From assembly GCF_009834535.1 (NCBI RefSeq), contig NC_045696.1, positions 9,488,001 to 9,552,000 of the forward strand: 64,000 nt of DNA, written 5' to 3'. A program made the position numbers and the translations under genes. The notes beneath the pieces are model-generated. The model was not told the DNA's origin. It was given only the letters and a program-made list of their open reading frames with translations, and ran no database searches. Below are positions 1 through 12,735 of the stretch, piece by piece. The number at the start of each line of letters is the position of its first letter. The stretch's first letter is position 1. The DNA is from Camelus ferus. Taxonomy: Eukaryota.

Positions 1-1638
1 GTAATAGTGTAAAAAAATCGGTGATTACATATTGAAGTGTCCTTTTAAGCAAAGCATAATGGTGACATTTTACAGAACAGAAACGTCTAAACTGCTTCTA
101 ATTCCCTCTCAAGATACGTCATCTTGTTCTGAGATCTCTTTTTGGTCTCAAAATATTTTTGCTTTACAGCTTCTTTGTTTCATTAAAAGAAGATCTGATT
201 CTGAATTGAATTCACTAACTTTTGATCGTGAGCCCAGTTCTGTGCTATGGACTTATCTACTGGAATATATGATGTCCTTTTGAAACCCGGAAACATGGGT
301 CTGTCTCACGAATTTATGACCAAAAGTTTATTTGGGAGTTAGAGTTAAGATTTTAAAATTGTACCTAGGTTTATGGATTTTATATATCATTCCACTTTTT
401 ATGTGGAATAACCTTCATCAGAATCATTTCAGGAAATGAGAAAAGTAGGATATGGTTATGAGTCAGCCATGGAAAACTACAGCATGGAATGAATTAGTCA
501 GAAGAAGGGTTTCAGTGGCCAACATGAGCTGTGTGCTATCAGGAAGTGGTGTGACTTTCCATGATTTTATGTACTGTAAATCATGTGGCAAAATGCTCCA
601 GACACCTGGAGTCTTTTTTTTTTTTTCCAATCTTAAGTTTTGAGATAAAATTGAAAAGTACTATGGCGTGAAAGCACCACAGCCCTCTCAGTAGTTGGCC
701 ATCCCTCCTATCAGCTCAAATGGGTTTCCACCCCACTCCCACTCTGTGGGGGATACAGACATTGACCCAAAAGCCCATCAGTGCTGCTAGGTCAAGTCAG
801 AAAAGCAGTTGGCCTTGACAGAGTCGCTGCTACAAAGGACTCTGTCCTTTTCTTTTGTTTCTAATACATTTTTTGTGCCCCTGGTGTTGCTGCTTATATA
901 GCAGTGCCATTTATGGTCTGCAAGAGAGTTGCCGCTCCCTGTGCCATGCCGTGTTTTAGAAAGGTGCTCTGAAATTTCAGAGGAGGCAGCTCATGCTGCC
1001 TTCTGTCAACCCCTTAAAGAGAAAGAAAAACTCGTAGAAGTGAAGTGGATTAAATTTTGGATCATGTAAGTTTCATAAAACTACATCTCTAGAGGCAAAT
1101 GTTGAAAATATAATCAACCCCTAAAACTAAGCATGGAGGAAAATAAGTTTGTTGTTTTATTGACCATGTAAGTCAGTTAAGATCAGTAAGTAAGCGAGTC
1201 ATCTCTTCCCTGTTATGCTTGATAGGGACATAGAGCATTCAATAATTACAGCTGGAGAGGTGTATATTTAGAGAGAGAGTGATAGATATCTGTATATACA
1301 CATGCAATGTATATGTTGTTTACTGGCGTATCTAATGGAATAATTCTGTGAGTGCTCAACTTCTCATCAGCCATCGATGAAAGTCCAGTTGACTCTGATG
1401 CCCATGGCAACCTGGATAAACATCCCTCTGGAAGAATCCTGTACACCAGGTTCGCCTTGTTTGCCATGTGTGGCCATCTGGCAAGATTCCCCTGGAGAAG
1501 TATCCGTCCACAAGTGAACCCAGGATGGTTTAATGTTCTTGTCACGCGGTACCACTTAGCGATCAGATGGTGATAATCAGCACGATCTTCCTCCCCTTCC
1601 GCCCTCGACCAGCGCTTCCCTAACCTTACTGCGTCCCA

Positions 1639-1990
1639 CAGATGAACGCTTGTGTCCCCTGAAATTCATACTTTGCAATGCTAACTCCCATGTGGTGGCA
1701 TTAGGAAGTGGGACCTTTGGGGTGATTAGGTCAAAGGGCAGAGCCCTCTTGCATGGGATTAGTGCCTTTATCAAAGAGACCCCCAAGACTCCCCGCCCCT
1801 CCTGCCATGTGAGGACACAGTGAAAGATAGCCCTCTATGAACCTAGAAACAGGCCCTCACCAGACACAGGACCTGCCAGCACCTTGATCGTGGACTTCCC
1901 AGCCTCCAGAGCTGTCAGAAAGAAACGTCTGCTGTTTATATGCTGTCCAGTCTACAGTGTTCTGTGTTAGCACCTGAACAGACTTAGACA
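1639..1990 (+). mobile_element. MaLR solo LTR (MLT1A-like)
   Basis: Typical MLT1 motifs: 'tgtgtcccctgaaattcata', 'gggattagtgccttta', 'gccatgtgaggacacag', 'ggacttcccagcctccaga', ending 'gacttagaca'. Subfamily assigned by eye. Confidence 0.8.
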
Positions 1991-1994
1991 GCAC

Positions 1995-2130
1995 GCATGA
2001 GCATCACCTGGGAATCTGGTGAAAACAAAGACTCTCCTTCAGTAGCTCAGGTGGGGCCCGAAGTTCTACATTTCTCACCTGTTCACAGGTGAGTCCAGTG
2101 CTGCTGGATCAGGGCTACCCTGTGAGAATC
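1995..2130. mobile_element. hAT-Charlie MER5-like DNA transposon remnant
   Basis: 'atcacctggga...cagtagctcaggtggggcccga...catttctcac...ggtgagtccagtgctgctgg' resembles the MER5A core. Confidence 0.55.
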
Positions 2131-3650
2131 CAGGCCATCCAGGCCAGGACTGTATAAATGAGCAATGTCTGCAGAGTTAGCAAGAAGCCAAACCCCAAAG
2201 GGTGTCACCGTATGATGCTGATACCTCCAGAGCCCTTCTGTGTCCATGACCTCGAGGCTCTACATGACATTGATACCTACCCCCAGCAGGACCGGGAAAC
2301 ACCCCGGGATGGGAGAACCCTCACAGGCACGTGGCAGGACTCCCCTGCTGGCCTCTTCACCTAACCTCTCGACTACACTTCATCCTCTGAGCACACACGG
2401 CTGTCTGCACACACAGACTCTGCTGAAGCCTTGTAAAGGTCCGATAATTCCCTTTCTCCACTGGCTGGACTCTTTCTTAGTACAAAGATTTCTAGAACTG
2501 TTGGTCATCTGTGTCTTCTCATGGGACGCACAAGACCTATTCTTAATCTTCAGAGATTTTTATTACAGCCCACTTGTCTTCATCCTCCAATGTGCAAGGC
2601 TCAGAAAGTTAAGAAGGATGAGAAAGGATTTCAATTTTAGTGGCCGACGGGGAAATGCTAGACGTTCTATGAGCGAAGATTTGAGAGGTTTAAGAATTCC
2701 TCAAGATTGATTTAAATAAAGAGAGAAGAAGGAATTTTCACCCAGCGCGTAACCCAGCCTGGACACTTCAACGCTTGCTGTGTTCCAGAACCACCCATCA
2801 TCAGACGTGGGTTTTGGACTAGCCAAAGAATGGTCAAGCCAAAGTGACAGAGCCACTTTTTGTCACCTCCTTTTCCCTTGATTGCGCCAATGGAAATAGG
2901 TTAAAGCTTTGATTGGTTATTTTATTACCATGGAATTTTCAAATAAACCAGCAAATCAAAATTATTATTTTAAGATCCTAGGAAATGTGATTCAGGGTTT
3001 GTCATTATTTTTTCCAAGGAAGAAACTGTTATAGACATTTTCTGCAAGGGTAAATTTCTGTGACTTTTCCAGTTAGAAGCCAGCCAGCAGACCCTTCACA
3101 CAGCCAGTTTGAAAAGAAACAGTGTTCAGAATGTAGGAGTAAAAATAGTTCCACTGGCATGCATACATCCTCCCGGCTGGTCGCCCTTAGTGTAATGGGT
3201 GCCTTTGAAAGCCTTTCCACTGTTTTCCTTGGGTCTTTGTTTAGGGGGAAAAAAACCCATTCCAAATGATTGCCAAGAATGTGGCCTTTGAAAAGGCATG
3301 CTTAATCATTGACACAGAGTCTCCTGTCTGTCTTACTTTATCAACATCAGAGAGTTATGTGGTTTAGCGTATGTGAGACTGACTGACAGCTTGGTGCTGG
3401 ATGATGGCGGTTGTGAATTTATGGCAAAGCTCCGCACAGGCCACTGGACGAGTCTGAAGTCTGTGCATTCCAGTGGTGATGCTCCTGTCCAGTCATTTTC
3501 TTTCCGGGACATTTCCTTGAAAACACAAAGATGACCTATAGATTAGAACTTGCACTTCTGCAGAGACCTTCTATAAGAATTTTTAGTTAAGAGCAGTAGG
3601 TAGTTCAAGATGGGTGTGTTTTATGTGGTACATACTCTGAAGTTGGAGAT

Positions 3651-4014
3651 TGTACTAGTTTGCTAGGCTAGGGCTCCTGTAACAAAATGCCATGGACTGA
3701 GTGGCCTGACCAACAGAAATTCATTTTCTAATAGTTCTGGAGGCTGGAAGTCCAAGATCAAGGTGTCAGCAGGCGTAGATCTCTTCTGAGGCCTCTCTCC
3801 TTTGCTTACAGATGGCTGCTTTCTCGCTGTGTCCTCTGTGATCCTTCCTCTGTCTTGTTCATCCCTAGTACCCCTTTGTGTGTCCAAATTTCCTCTTCTT
3901 ATAAGGACACAGTCCTGTGGGATGAGGGCCCACTCTAATAGCCTTATTTAATCTTAATCACCTCTTTGAAGGTCCCATCTCCATTTGAGAGGGGATGACG
4001 TTCAGCCTGTAACA
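3651..4014 (-). mobile_element. MaLR solo LTR (MLT1-like)
   Basis: 'agttctggaggctggaagtccaagatcaaggtgtcagcagg', 'tcctcttcttataaggacac', 'cttaatcacctctttgaagg'; TG...CA ends. Confidence 0.8.
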
Positions 4015-4790
4015 AAGGTCATAGAAACCACTTTGAAATTGCAAAATTATTTTGTAGCCTTGTATTATTTTGCAGTTCTTCTGCTTCTTTTCAAGAATGG
4101 TTCTGTCATTATCTTAGGAGGGAGACGGCAGGTCTGGGATTCTTTTGTAGAAGTAAGAATTGCAACAAGGACTTCATTCTCTAAGTGATATTTCTGGTCA
4201 GTGGAGAGGGTTTCACTCTGCGAGGAGACTGATTTGGATGGACATCCGGGATGTTCTCCAGGTAACAGAGTGGACCTTTGCCACTTTGGAGTCTTGGTTG
4301 GGCTTCCTCTGTTCTCACTTGCCCACCTCGCTGCTAATGTGCTGTACCATGGCTACGGGACATCAGGGGGCCAGTCCTCAGAATTCCTCCTGGATTCTGT
4401 AGCTCCTGGGGTCAGTTTGGGTGGCCAGGTCTGCCCTGTGGGACTGCCCACTCCTTAAGGAACCATGGTGGAGTCATTTCCGGGCCCCAGAACCTGGCAT
4501 GGGCAGTGCCTGTGGGAGATATTCAACTAACAGATGAATGAACGAATGAATGAATTTCAGAAGAACGTCAGCTATCGAGGCTACTGACCTTGCCCTCCAT
4601 CATTTCCCTCCACCCCGTGCAGTCCCTTTAGTGGCTGCTGGTATAGATCCCACTGGTGGAGTTAGCCACTGGTGTTAACTTTAGGTACATTGGAAGCAAG
4701 GCGATATCGTGTGGTCAGTCCTGTTTTAACGTGAACTGGAGGGCCACCAGCTCCACCCTGGCCGGGAGAGAGTATTAATTTTCCATGTTT

Positions 4791-5208
4791 GGATGGACCT
4801 GGAGATCGTCATTCTAAGTGAACTAAGCCAGAAAGAGAAAGAAAAATACCATATGATATCACTCATATGTGGAATCTAAAAAATAAAAAAGGACACAAAT
4901 GAACTTCCTTACAAAACAGAAACAGATGCACAGACATAAAAAACAAACATATTTACCAGAGGGGGAAAGGAGGTGGGAAGGGATAAATTGGGAGTTCGAG
5001 ATTTGCAGACACTAACTACTATATATAAAATAGGTAAACAACAAGTTTCTACTGTACACCACAGGGAGCTATAGTCAATATCCTGTAATAACCTATAATG
5101 GAAAAGAATGTGAGAAGTATATGTATGTATATGTACGACTGAAACACTATGCTGTACACCAGAAACTGACACAACATTGTAAACTGGCTATACTTAAATT
5201 TAAAAAAA
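4791..5208 (+). mobile_element. 5'-truncated LINE-1 3' end (artiodactyl/camelid type)
   Basis: End of ORF2 'ggatggacctggagatcgtcattctaagtgaa', L1 3'UTR and A-rich tail. TSD 'ttccatgttt' at 4781-4790 and 5212-5221. Confidence 0.85.
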
Positions 5209-6095
5209 TTGTTCCATGTTTACCTTCATAATTTGTCCTCTTGGGGTCTTAGGCACCCACCACTCATGCTGATTTTGAGCAACCACAGCGAGTCATGGGG
5301 TAGACGCCTCTTCAAATTCACCTAAACCACCAGGTGAGAATGTGAACATTGCTATGAAGAAATAAAAATAATAATTATACGAAGTCATAGTCTGTCCATG
5401 AAAGTGCCTTCGGGGCAGATTTCACCTTTCTGAACGCAAGCAGCCACAACCATGGCTTCTGGCCGGCCGACTCTGTGCTTTTGCCCGGTACCTCCGACAG
5501 CCACTAACCGCCTGAGTCAGGAGGCGCCAGGACCCAAACCAAGCATGCACGGACAAGGCCCCTTAGTCACTGGCCCAAGATACCCAGCTGCATTTCATCA
5601 TGCAGGATGGAGACAGTAAAGAGCATGAGTAACAGAAGGCAAATGAAGGAGAACTTCAGACATGACGATTTGGTCATATCCCAGCATCCGACAAACGAAA
5701 TTTCACAGTCCCTCTCCCGCTCATTGACCACAAGATAATTTGTTGGCAGGACAAGTTAGCAAACTCATCAAGCCTACCCAAAATGAGAAACAAGCACACA
5801 AAATCAGCACAGAGGGGAGAAGCCTGCATTTCTTGGTACCTGCTTTATCCTCTTACAGTCCTTTGCTTGAATTTACAATGTAAACTTAGAAGGTTTTATT
5901 TGGATGGCATCGAGACAGAATGTAACATTCTTCTGCCGGCCCATTTTGCACTAGATATTAGTAGATTTACTGAGAGATGTAGATATTCATAACAGCTTTT
6001 AAAATTATCAAGAATAATGTTTTTCAGTTAAAACATTGTTTCTCATGATGTTAAACAAAATATCAATTTTATCACAATATAGTTAAAGACAAGGA

Positions 6096-6167
6096 TTTTT
6101 TTCTTTATTTTTTAAAAATTTTGGGGGGGTAAGTAGATTTGTTTATTTATTTTTAGAGAAGTTACTG
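6096..6167 (-). mobile_element. 5'-truncated Vic-1-like SINE (3' part only)
   Basis: Minus strand reads 'cagtaacttctctaaaaataaataaacaaatctacttacccccccaaaa', matching the 3' part of the full SINEs in this window. Flanked by 'taaagacaa' at 6084-6092 and 6168-6176. Confidence 0.6.
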
Positions 6168-6249
6168 TAAAGACAAAGAGTTTTGAAGTATTATAATGGT
6201 ACTTAAGTTCTATCTCGATAAAGCTGTTGAAAAAAATCCAATGCTCAAT

Positions 6250-6506
6250 TCACAGATATAGAGAACAAACTAGTGGCTACCAGTGGGGAGAGGGAGGGGG
6301 GAAGGGGCAGGTTAGGGGTAGGGGAATAAGGGGTACCAACTACCAGGTATAAAATAAGCTACAAGGATGAAGTGTACAACACGCGGAATGCAGTCAGGAT
6401 TTTGTAATAACTATAACTGGAGTATAACCTTTAAAAATGGTGAATCACTATATTGTACACCTGAAACTTATATAATATTATACAGCAACTATACCTCAAT
6501 TAAAAT
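6250..6506 (+). mobile_element. LINE-1 3'UTR fragment (older L1MA-like)
   Basis: 'cacagatatagagaacaaactagtggctaccagtgggg...aatcactatattgtacacctgaaact...caactatacctcaattaaaa'. Confidence 0.8.
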
Positions 6507-6917
6507 ATGTACTATGCTCATATTTCAAACGTTTCAATATTGTGGAAATTTTAAATCCTGAGCACATACTGACTTAAACCTTTGTAATCATTTTTACCCT
6601 TTGGAAAACTGTGCTTTCCCAGTTCAAGGGGACCTCAAAGAGCTTTTGCAGAAATCAGAGAGCTGTCGTTTTATTAAGAGAACTGATTTGACTATTGCTA
6701 TGTTAATTTCAGAATTCTTAATCATCCAGCTCATATCTAACCAGGCAAACCAAATTTCATGTGTAGCTTTGAAAGCAAATAGCATACTGGAATTCAAACA
6801 CATTGAATGGCTTACTTCAGTGTTTCTCAGAAAGCAGTAAGGCACAGTTCTTAAGAACATGAGCTTAGAATCTGTAGACTTTGGTTCGCAATCCTGGTTC
6901 CAAAGCTGAGTGATAGC

Positions 6918-7232
6918 GAGCCTTAGCTGGAGATGCCGTAACAAAATACCTTTGTCTGGGTGGCTTCAACAACTGACATTCGTTTCTCACAGTTCTGGAT
7001 TCCGGGAAGTCTGGGATCAGGGGCATCATGGCACAGGTTCTGGTGAGAACTCGAGCGAGCTCTGGCCTGTCTTCCTCTTCTTGTGAGGACCCTACTCCCA
7101 TGGTGGGGGCTCCCCCGTCATGGCTTCATCTGAACCTGATCACCTCCCAAAGGCCACACTTGCTAACACTATTGCACTGGGAGTCTGGGCTTCAAATATG
7201 AATTGGTAAGGGACACAATTCAATCCACAGCA
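6918..7232 (-). mobile_element. MaLR solo LTR (MLT1A-like)
   Basis: 'gccgtaacaaaatacc', 'tttctcacagttctgga', 'atcacctcccaaaggcc', 'ggcttcaaatatgaatt'. Confidence 0.75.
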
Positions 7233-10200
7233 GTGGACCAGGTACTTAATTTATCTCATTCTCCTGGCCTCTTCGTGACAGGTTTTCACTTTTTCTCCTG
7301 GGACTGTTTTTTCCAAATTTTCTATCTCCTAGGAGGTATTACGTAGGTACATGATAAAGGGAGAAATGTGGGGATAACTGGTTGCCCATGAAGTCCCTTC
7401 TCTTGGCTCCACTGGAAATGCCCCCATCTCCCAGGTGTGCTGGGAGAGTCCCGGCACCTGCCCTCAGGCTCCTGAGACGCCCGGGTGCTGGGGGCCCTAG
7501 TCCTTCCCTGACATCACTGCCCCTTGGTGACTGTGTGACTGCAGCCTGGTGGGAGCCTTCCTATGACCCTTTGGGATCCAAAGAAAACACCACCACCAAA
7601 ATCCACCATATAGCTAACTACATAGGCCTTTCAAAAGTAAGCCTCACCACCGGGAAAGAAAGTAAGGACCCCCACATAGAGGTTGTGGGAAATGTCCGTT
7701 CACACAGGTACGTCCCTGTTATCCAGAAAGTCATTTTCAGTAAGTCATGCACTGATGACTAGTCATTTTCTCCATCTTTTTTATTTTCCAGATGGGACAT
7801 AGTAACGGGGCAAGCTACTTATACCTTTCCTGTTTCCCCTTTTAGTGGGAAAAACACACTCTCTTTCCATATCTAAAATGGAATTGAACATTTCTTGTAA
7901 AATATACATCTCAGGGAAAAACCCATTGCTATTTTGAACCTCTTCCTCCAATTCTTCAGTTCCTGGTAGAGTGGCTGTTGCCTTTGCCCTCTGACTTCTA
8001 CTTTCTCAGCTGGAGAGTTATAACAACTTACTTGCTTCTTAGTGTATGAGAAAGCTGTGTTTCTTCAAACGACAAAAACAGTTTTACTTTTAAGCTGCGA
8101 TGATTTTTCTTCCGTGTTCCTGTGTGTGGCACCCCCTTTGCATCAGCTTCTAAAGTAAATAGTAGTTACACACATATTGACAATATCTTAGCAGCATGAT
8201 TGGGATTTTTTCCAACAGTTTAATGCTCAGTTATCCCAGTAAATGATTTCAAGTTAAAGCCTACTTCATTGGAAACAAAGAAAATGGTTCCTATATTTAA
8301 AATAAAACAAAATCTAATGGTAAGGAAGGAACTGTGACAAGTACACGGAGTCAGTATTTTTACGTCATTTCCTCTTAGAGGCAAAATTTAGTAAGTTCTC
8401 AGCCTACTGGTTGGCAGGTATTTGGAGCAGGAGGCTGGTATTAGGCAGAGTTTGGGTTTTTTTTTTTTTTAGTGGAAAAAAGTGAACTTTTGCCTCGTGA
8501 TTTCTAGGCATTTTCTGAGTCACCGAATTGTTATCCATTTTATTTCTGTAAATCACTTTCTTTCACCATTCTTCTGATGATCAAAGAGCATGTTGTCTGA
8601 AGGATTTCATCTTATTCAAGATTGCCTGAAACCTCTCTACATTTCTCTGTGTTCAAGCAGATAGTTGAGACTCAGACAATATCTCCTTTTGGACCCATTT
8701 GAAATGACACATTTCAAAGTATCTCTGTATTAAAAGAGGTCATTCTTTCCTGTTGAACAAGAAATTAAGTGAATGTGCTTGGCACGCTGGGGCTGTTCTT
8801 AGGGTGTGAGAACAAACCTGCTTGATTTTAGATCCCAGAGTTATGATCCTCCCAGGAGTGTTTCAAATTCATGGAAGACAAGGAGGGGCTGGGGTGCAGG
8901 GAGCCGCTGGCATTTGGGGAGGAGCCGCTAAAACGGTCTAGAAGGCAAAGGACAGGGCCATGCAGGAAAATTTCTTTCATCCAAAACGTCATGAGTGTTA
9001 AATGTTGAGAAACTCTGAGAGGAGCCGTCGGCTCACAGACTCTTAGGACATAAGGGACCTTCCCGTCCAGTTCGGCTCCCCCATTATCCACAGAGCAAGC
9101 TGAGGACACACATCTCTCTGCCCAGCGTCCTTTTCCCTGGGCCCCACATTGCAGCAGTTTTCATCAGAAACCACAACGAGCCCCAGATCCACTTCCTCAT
9201 TTCTAAAATGATCCTCTTAGTCACGGCTCCGATCAGCTTTCTGTGGGGACCCACGCTCATGCACGTCAGCGGCACAATCTTTTGTTGGAAAATGTCAAGC
9301 CAGTGTTCACACTGACCTCCGGTTGGGTTCTGGAAGCGTGGGTGACACGTGCTGACCGGTAATACTGCCCGTGGTGTGATGCTGTAGTCGCCTCACCGGG
9401 GCAAGAAGCAAACTTGAGGTGATGGTGGAACAAGACTGGGGTGTGCAGGGGGACTGCTTTTGTGGCTTTGCTTCGCTCTTGCCTCCTGGTTGAGTTCATG
9501 TCCCACTGAGAAGCCTCCAGGGCTGCTGAACCAGAAGCCAGTCCACCTGCCCCCGATTGCAGGCACAGGGCACAGGAAGGGTGGTCTGGGGGCTCTCACA
9601 CCGCTGACAGGGGGCTGGAGAAGCTTTGTCAACATAAAGTCACGTGTCAAATGCCTCCATCTCTCTGATCGGTCCTTGGCCTTCAGGGCTTGATCTTGAG
9701 GTTTGCATGGCACAGCCTTATGCAGCTTCCCTCCTGGCGCCCAAGGACGCTCGCTGACCCCTTTCTCGCTCGTACTGCTGTATGCAAAGACTTAAAGGAC
9801 AGTCCCATGTACGGCCTTTTACTCTGACCTAGAGCTGTGCTTCCTGAGAGCAGGGCTGTGACTCATTCACCTGCTGTCTCCCAGACCAGCGCGGCTCCTC
9901 AGACAGGGAAAATGCTCAGAAAACACTTGTTGAGTGACTAAGGAAAGGAATCCGAAAATCAGATTTTCCCTCACTCATTTACGAGTTTTAAAAGGTACCA
10001 GGTACCTTTTTCTTTTTCTTTTTTTTTCCCTAAACTTCTCTTTTTAGATCAATATTTTGGAGTTGACAGAAAGCATGATCATTAATTCATTCAGGCATTC
10101 AGTCCACAGGTAGCCACTGGGCCATCTTCCTGGTTCCGGGACATGGGCTAGATGTGGAAATACAGCAGGCCACAGCAAGGTCCTTTTCCAGCCCTAAACC

Positions 10201-10944
10201 TGGGACCAATTACCAACTGTCATGTGTGCCAAGAAGGAAAAGGAGTGCTCGATAGAGAACTTAACCATGTCTAGGAGGCCAAGGCAACTTCCCTGAGGAG
10301 TGATGTTTTAAATGGCTATTCAAGCGGGACTCAGCCAGGAGCAGATTCGGGTGCTCCAGGCAGAGAGAGCAGCCCCGGTAAAGGTCCTGAGACCTGAAGA
10401 CGGGCCCAGCAGCACCGATGGACCTGGTCAGTGGCCGGAGCTGGACTTCGTCAAGGGCAGGACCTGCACCAAGAGGTGGCAGGAGCCACTGGTGGTCACG
10501 ATGCCGGGTTTTCTCCTGAGAGCCAATGGAAGGGCACTTAGAAGGGCTATAGAGAGAGAAGGACAGGCCATTTCCCAATGCTCACGGTGGGAACGTCTCA
10601 AAGAAGAGGACGCGGTGATGTATTTTCTGAGGCTTACATGCCAGCCTGCTTCCCAAGATGCATCCTCTTCCTCATGCTCCAGGTCCCATCTGTGGAGCAT
10701 CCTGCAAAGAACTGGGCGGGGCTTCCAGCCATCCCTTCAGATAAACGGGCTGCCCTAAGCTCAGGTAAAAGCATCATTGGCCATCCACACACGTCACCCT
10801 CCGCCAGGACCCTCAGGACAGCCCACGGTGAAGGAGTCCTCCCAGGAGTGAAGATGGGGGTGGGGGATGACTCAGGAACCAACCAGAGAGATAGAAGGAA
10901 GGATGGCGTAGCTGAGGGGAGAAATGGGCAGGGATTTAAAAGAG

Positions 10945-11190
10945 AGAAAAGAAATCATAACAAATATATTAGATATTAATCCAACCAAATTGGTAAGCAC
11001 TTTGAATGTCAACAGTCTAAATGCACCAATTAAAAGACAGATTATGACAGTGGACCACTGTCTATAAGAAATAAGACCAACCATATATTGTATATAAGAA
11101 ACCCATTTTAAATATAAAGGCATGTATAGATTAAAAATAAGTGGATGGAGATATAAGTAAATGCTAACACTAATTTTAAAAAAGTAAAAA
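10945..11190 (+). mobile_element. Ancient LINE-1 fragment, start of ORF2 endonuclease region, decayed
   Basis: 'ctttgaatgtcaacagtctaaatgcaccaattaaaagacag' translates as TLNVNSLNAPIKRQ, matching the L1 endonuclease N-terminal motif TLNVNGLNxPIKR. Confidence 0.75.
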
Positions 11191-11193
11191 AGC

Positions 11194-12735
11194 GCCCTGG
11201 GCCCGGAAGGGTGATGTGGCTGGGGCTTCGCTGGCCTCACTATGTCTGCCATTTCCAGTTTTCAGAGTCTGTTGACTGTGATCTTGCTGCTTATATGTAC
11301 CTGTGCTTATATCTGATCCTTGGAACCCAGCCTCCTGGACAGAAATAAAACTGGGTTATTGGGTATATTTTGGAAGCGCGCCAGAATTGGCGAACGGAAG
11401 AACACTTACGTTGCAGTGTGCTGTATTGTGATGGCCTTCAGCATCCTCTTCAAACAGTAGCTTGGAAAAATGCCAGAATTCAATTGTCATCAGACTGATT
11501 TCGATAATGAAAAAAGGGACTTACTGCAGAAAATAATGGAACGAATGGTTAACCATTTTATCTCTGAACATTGAATGACAAATTTCCAGCTGCTATTCTC
11601 TATTTTTGTTATTGGACCAATGTTCTATATAAATAATTAGGATGTAACCATTTACTACTTAAAGAGTTAAATATGTCTGTAACAGTCAACCTCAATACTG
11701 TCACTACAGTATCACATTCTGCATATGTCAGTCTGTTGTGTCAGATACCGGTTTTTGGTGAGGTGTCTTTAAGGCACATAGTAGAAAACAAAATTGGTAA
11801 ATTACTCAAGTTCCTTTCACTGTGATTTGGAAATGATAAATCTTTATAGAATGAGAACTTTTTTTGGACTAGCTTTTTTGTTGGGAAAAAAAAAAGGTTC
11901 AATTTGTGTGGGTAAAGATTGCATTCATATTGCATAAGGCTTGCTTTTCCCCTGGCCACACCATTTCAAGCATTAACCAGAGTACCTCTTCTCTTAGCAA
12001 ACTAGTTTATTACAGATGTTTAAACTATTTAAAACAAGCCTATGCAGTTCTTAAGGAGGAAGATAAAATGAGATGACTTAAAAGTAGTATTGAGGAAATG
12101 TTCCTATTTAACGTCAAAGAATTTAGAATATCTGACTGGTGGTGTAGCCTCTGAAACCTCTCTGGTAAAGTTTAGATAAATGTCCTAAGCATAAATTTGA
12201 CCAGCTAACTGTCATTCTCTGAATGAGATTACATGCTTAGAGTAAAAAGAACAAAACAGGACAACTAGAGAATGATAATCCTTTATGTGTTTTCATTCTT
12301 TTTACTGTCAGGTCTTCACATTTTAATTACTGCAAAATACAAACTGTATGTGTTTTTTTTTTAAATACAGCACTTTAAATCTAGCTTATGTTTTGTCTAT
12401 TAACTTGTACTGGAATCTTCTGTGTAACTTAGTAAGTGATGATACACAAAAATTCAAATCTACTTACCTGTATACCATGGCATAAATATCCTTGGGCTTT
12501 GATGATAAAGGAAGACCTTCAATAATTTTCATCAAAATGCTGAAAATGTGACTTATAAATTTTGTAGTAAAGCAGTTATTATATATTTATGGTTAACATT
12601 TCTTAAGAACCAAAATAGAACTTCTTAGCTAAAAATTGCCCACTATAGATAGTATTAATTAGATATTGTTCTCAGCTATTAGTTTCCTATAAAGGTAAAA
12701 AGAATAAACCTTGGTTTTTTTTAAATAAAAAAAAA
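11194..12735 (+). pseudogene. TMEM167A: Processed pseudogene (retrocopy) of TMEM167A / protein kish-A
   Basis: Intronless frame 11242-11460 reads [71 protein letters not shown], versus kish-[73 protein letters not shown]. Premature TGA at 11314-11316. GC-rich 5'UTR 11194-11241, AT-rich 3'UTR, AATAAA at 12703-12708, A-tract ~12723-12735, TSD 'aaaaaagc' at 11186-11193 and 12730-12737. Confidence 0.93.

Noticed and set aside
4909..5172. 87-aa ORF and similar ORFs at 14105-14416 and 53230-53466
   Set aside because: All lie in L1 3'UTR copies.
10872..11252. 126-aa hydrophobic minus-strand ORF
   Set aside because: Antisense reading of a decayed L1 fragment joined to the retrocopy 5'UTR.
11242..11460. 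Functional retrogene via stop read-through or selenocysteine at TGA 11314
   Set aside because: The TGA is explained by CpG decay of an Arg codon, several radical substitutions accompany it, and I see no SECIS-like element.
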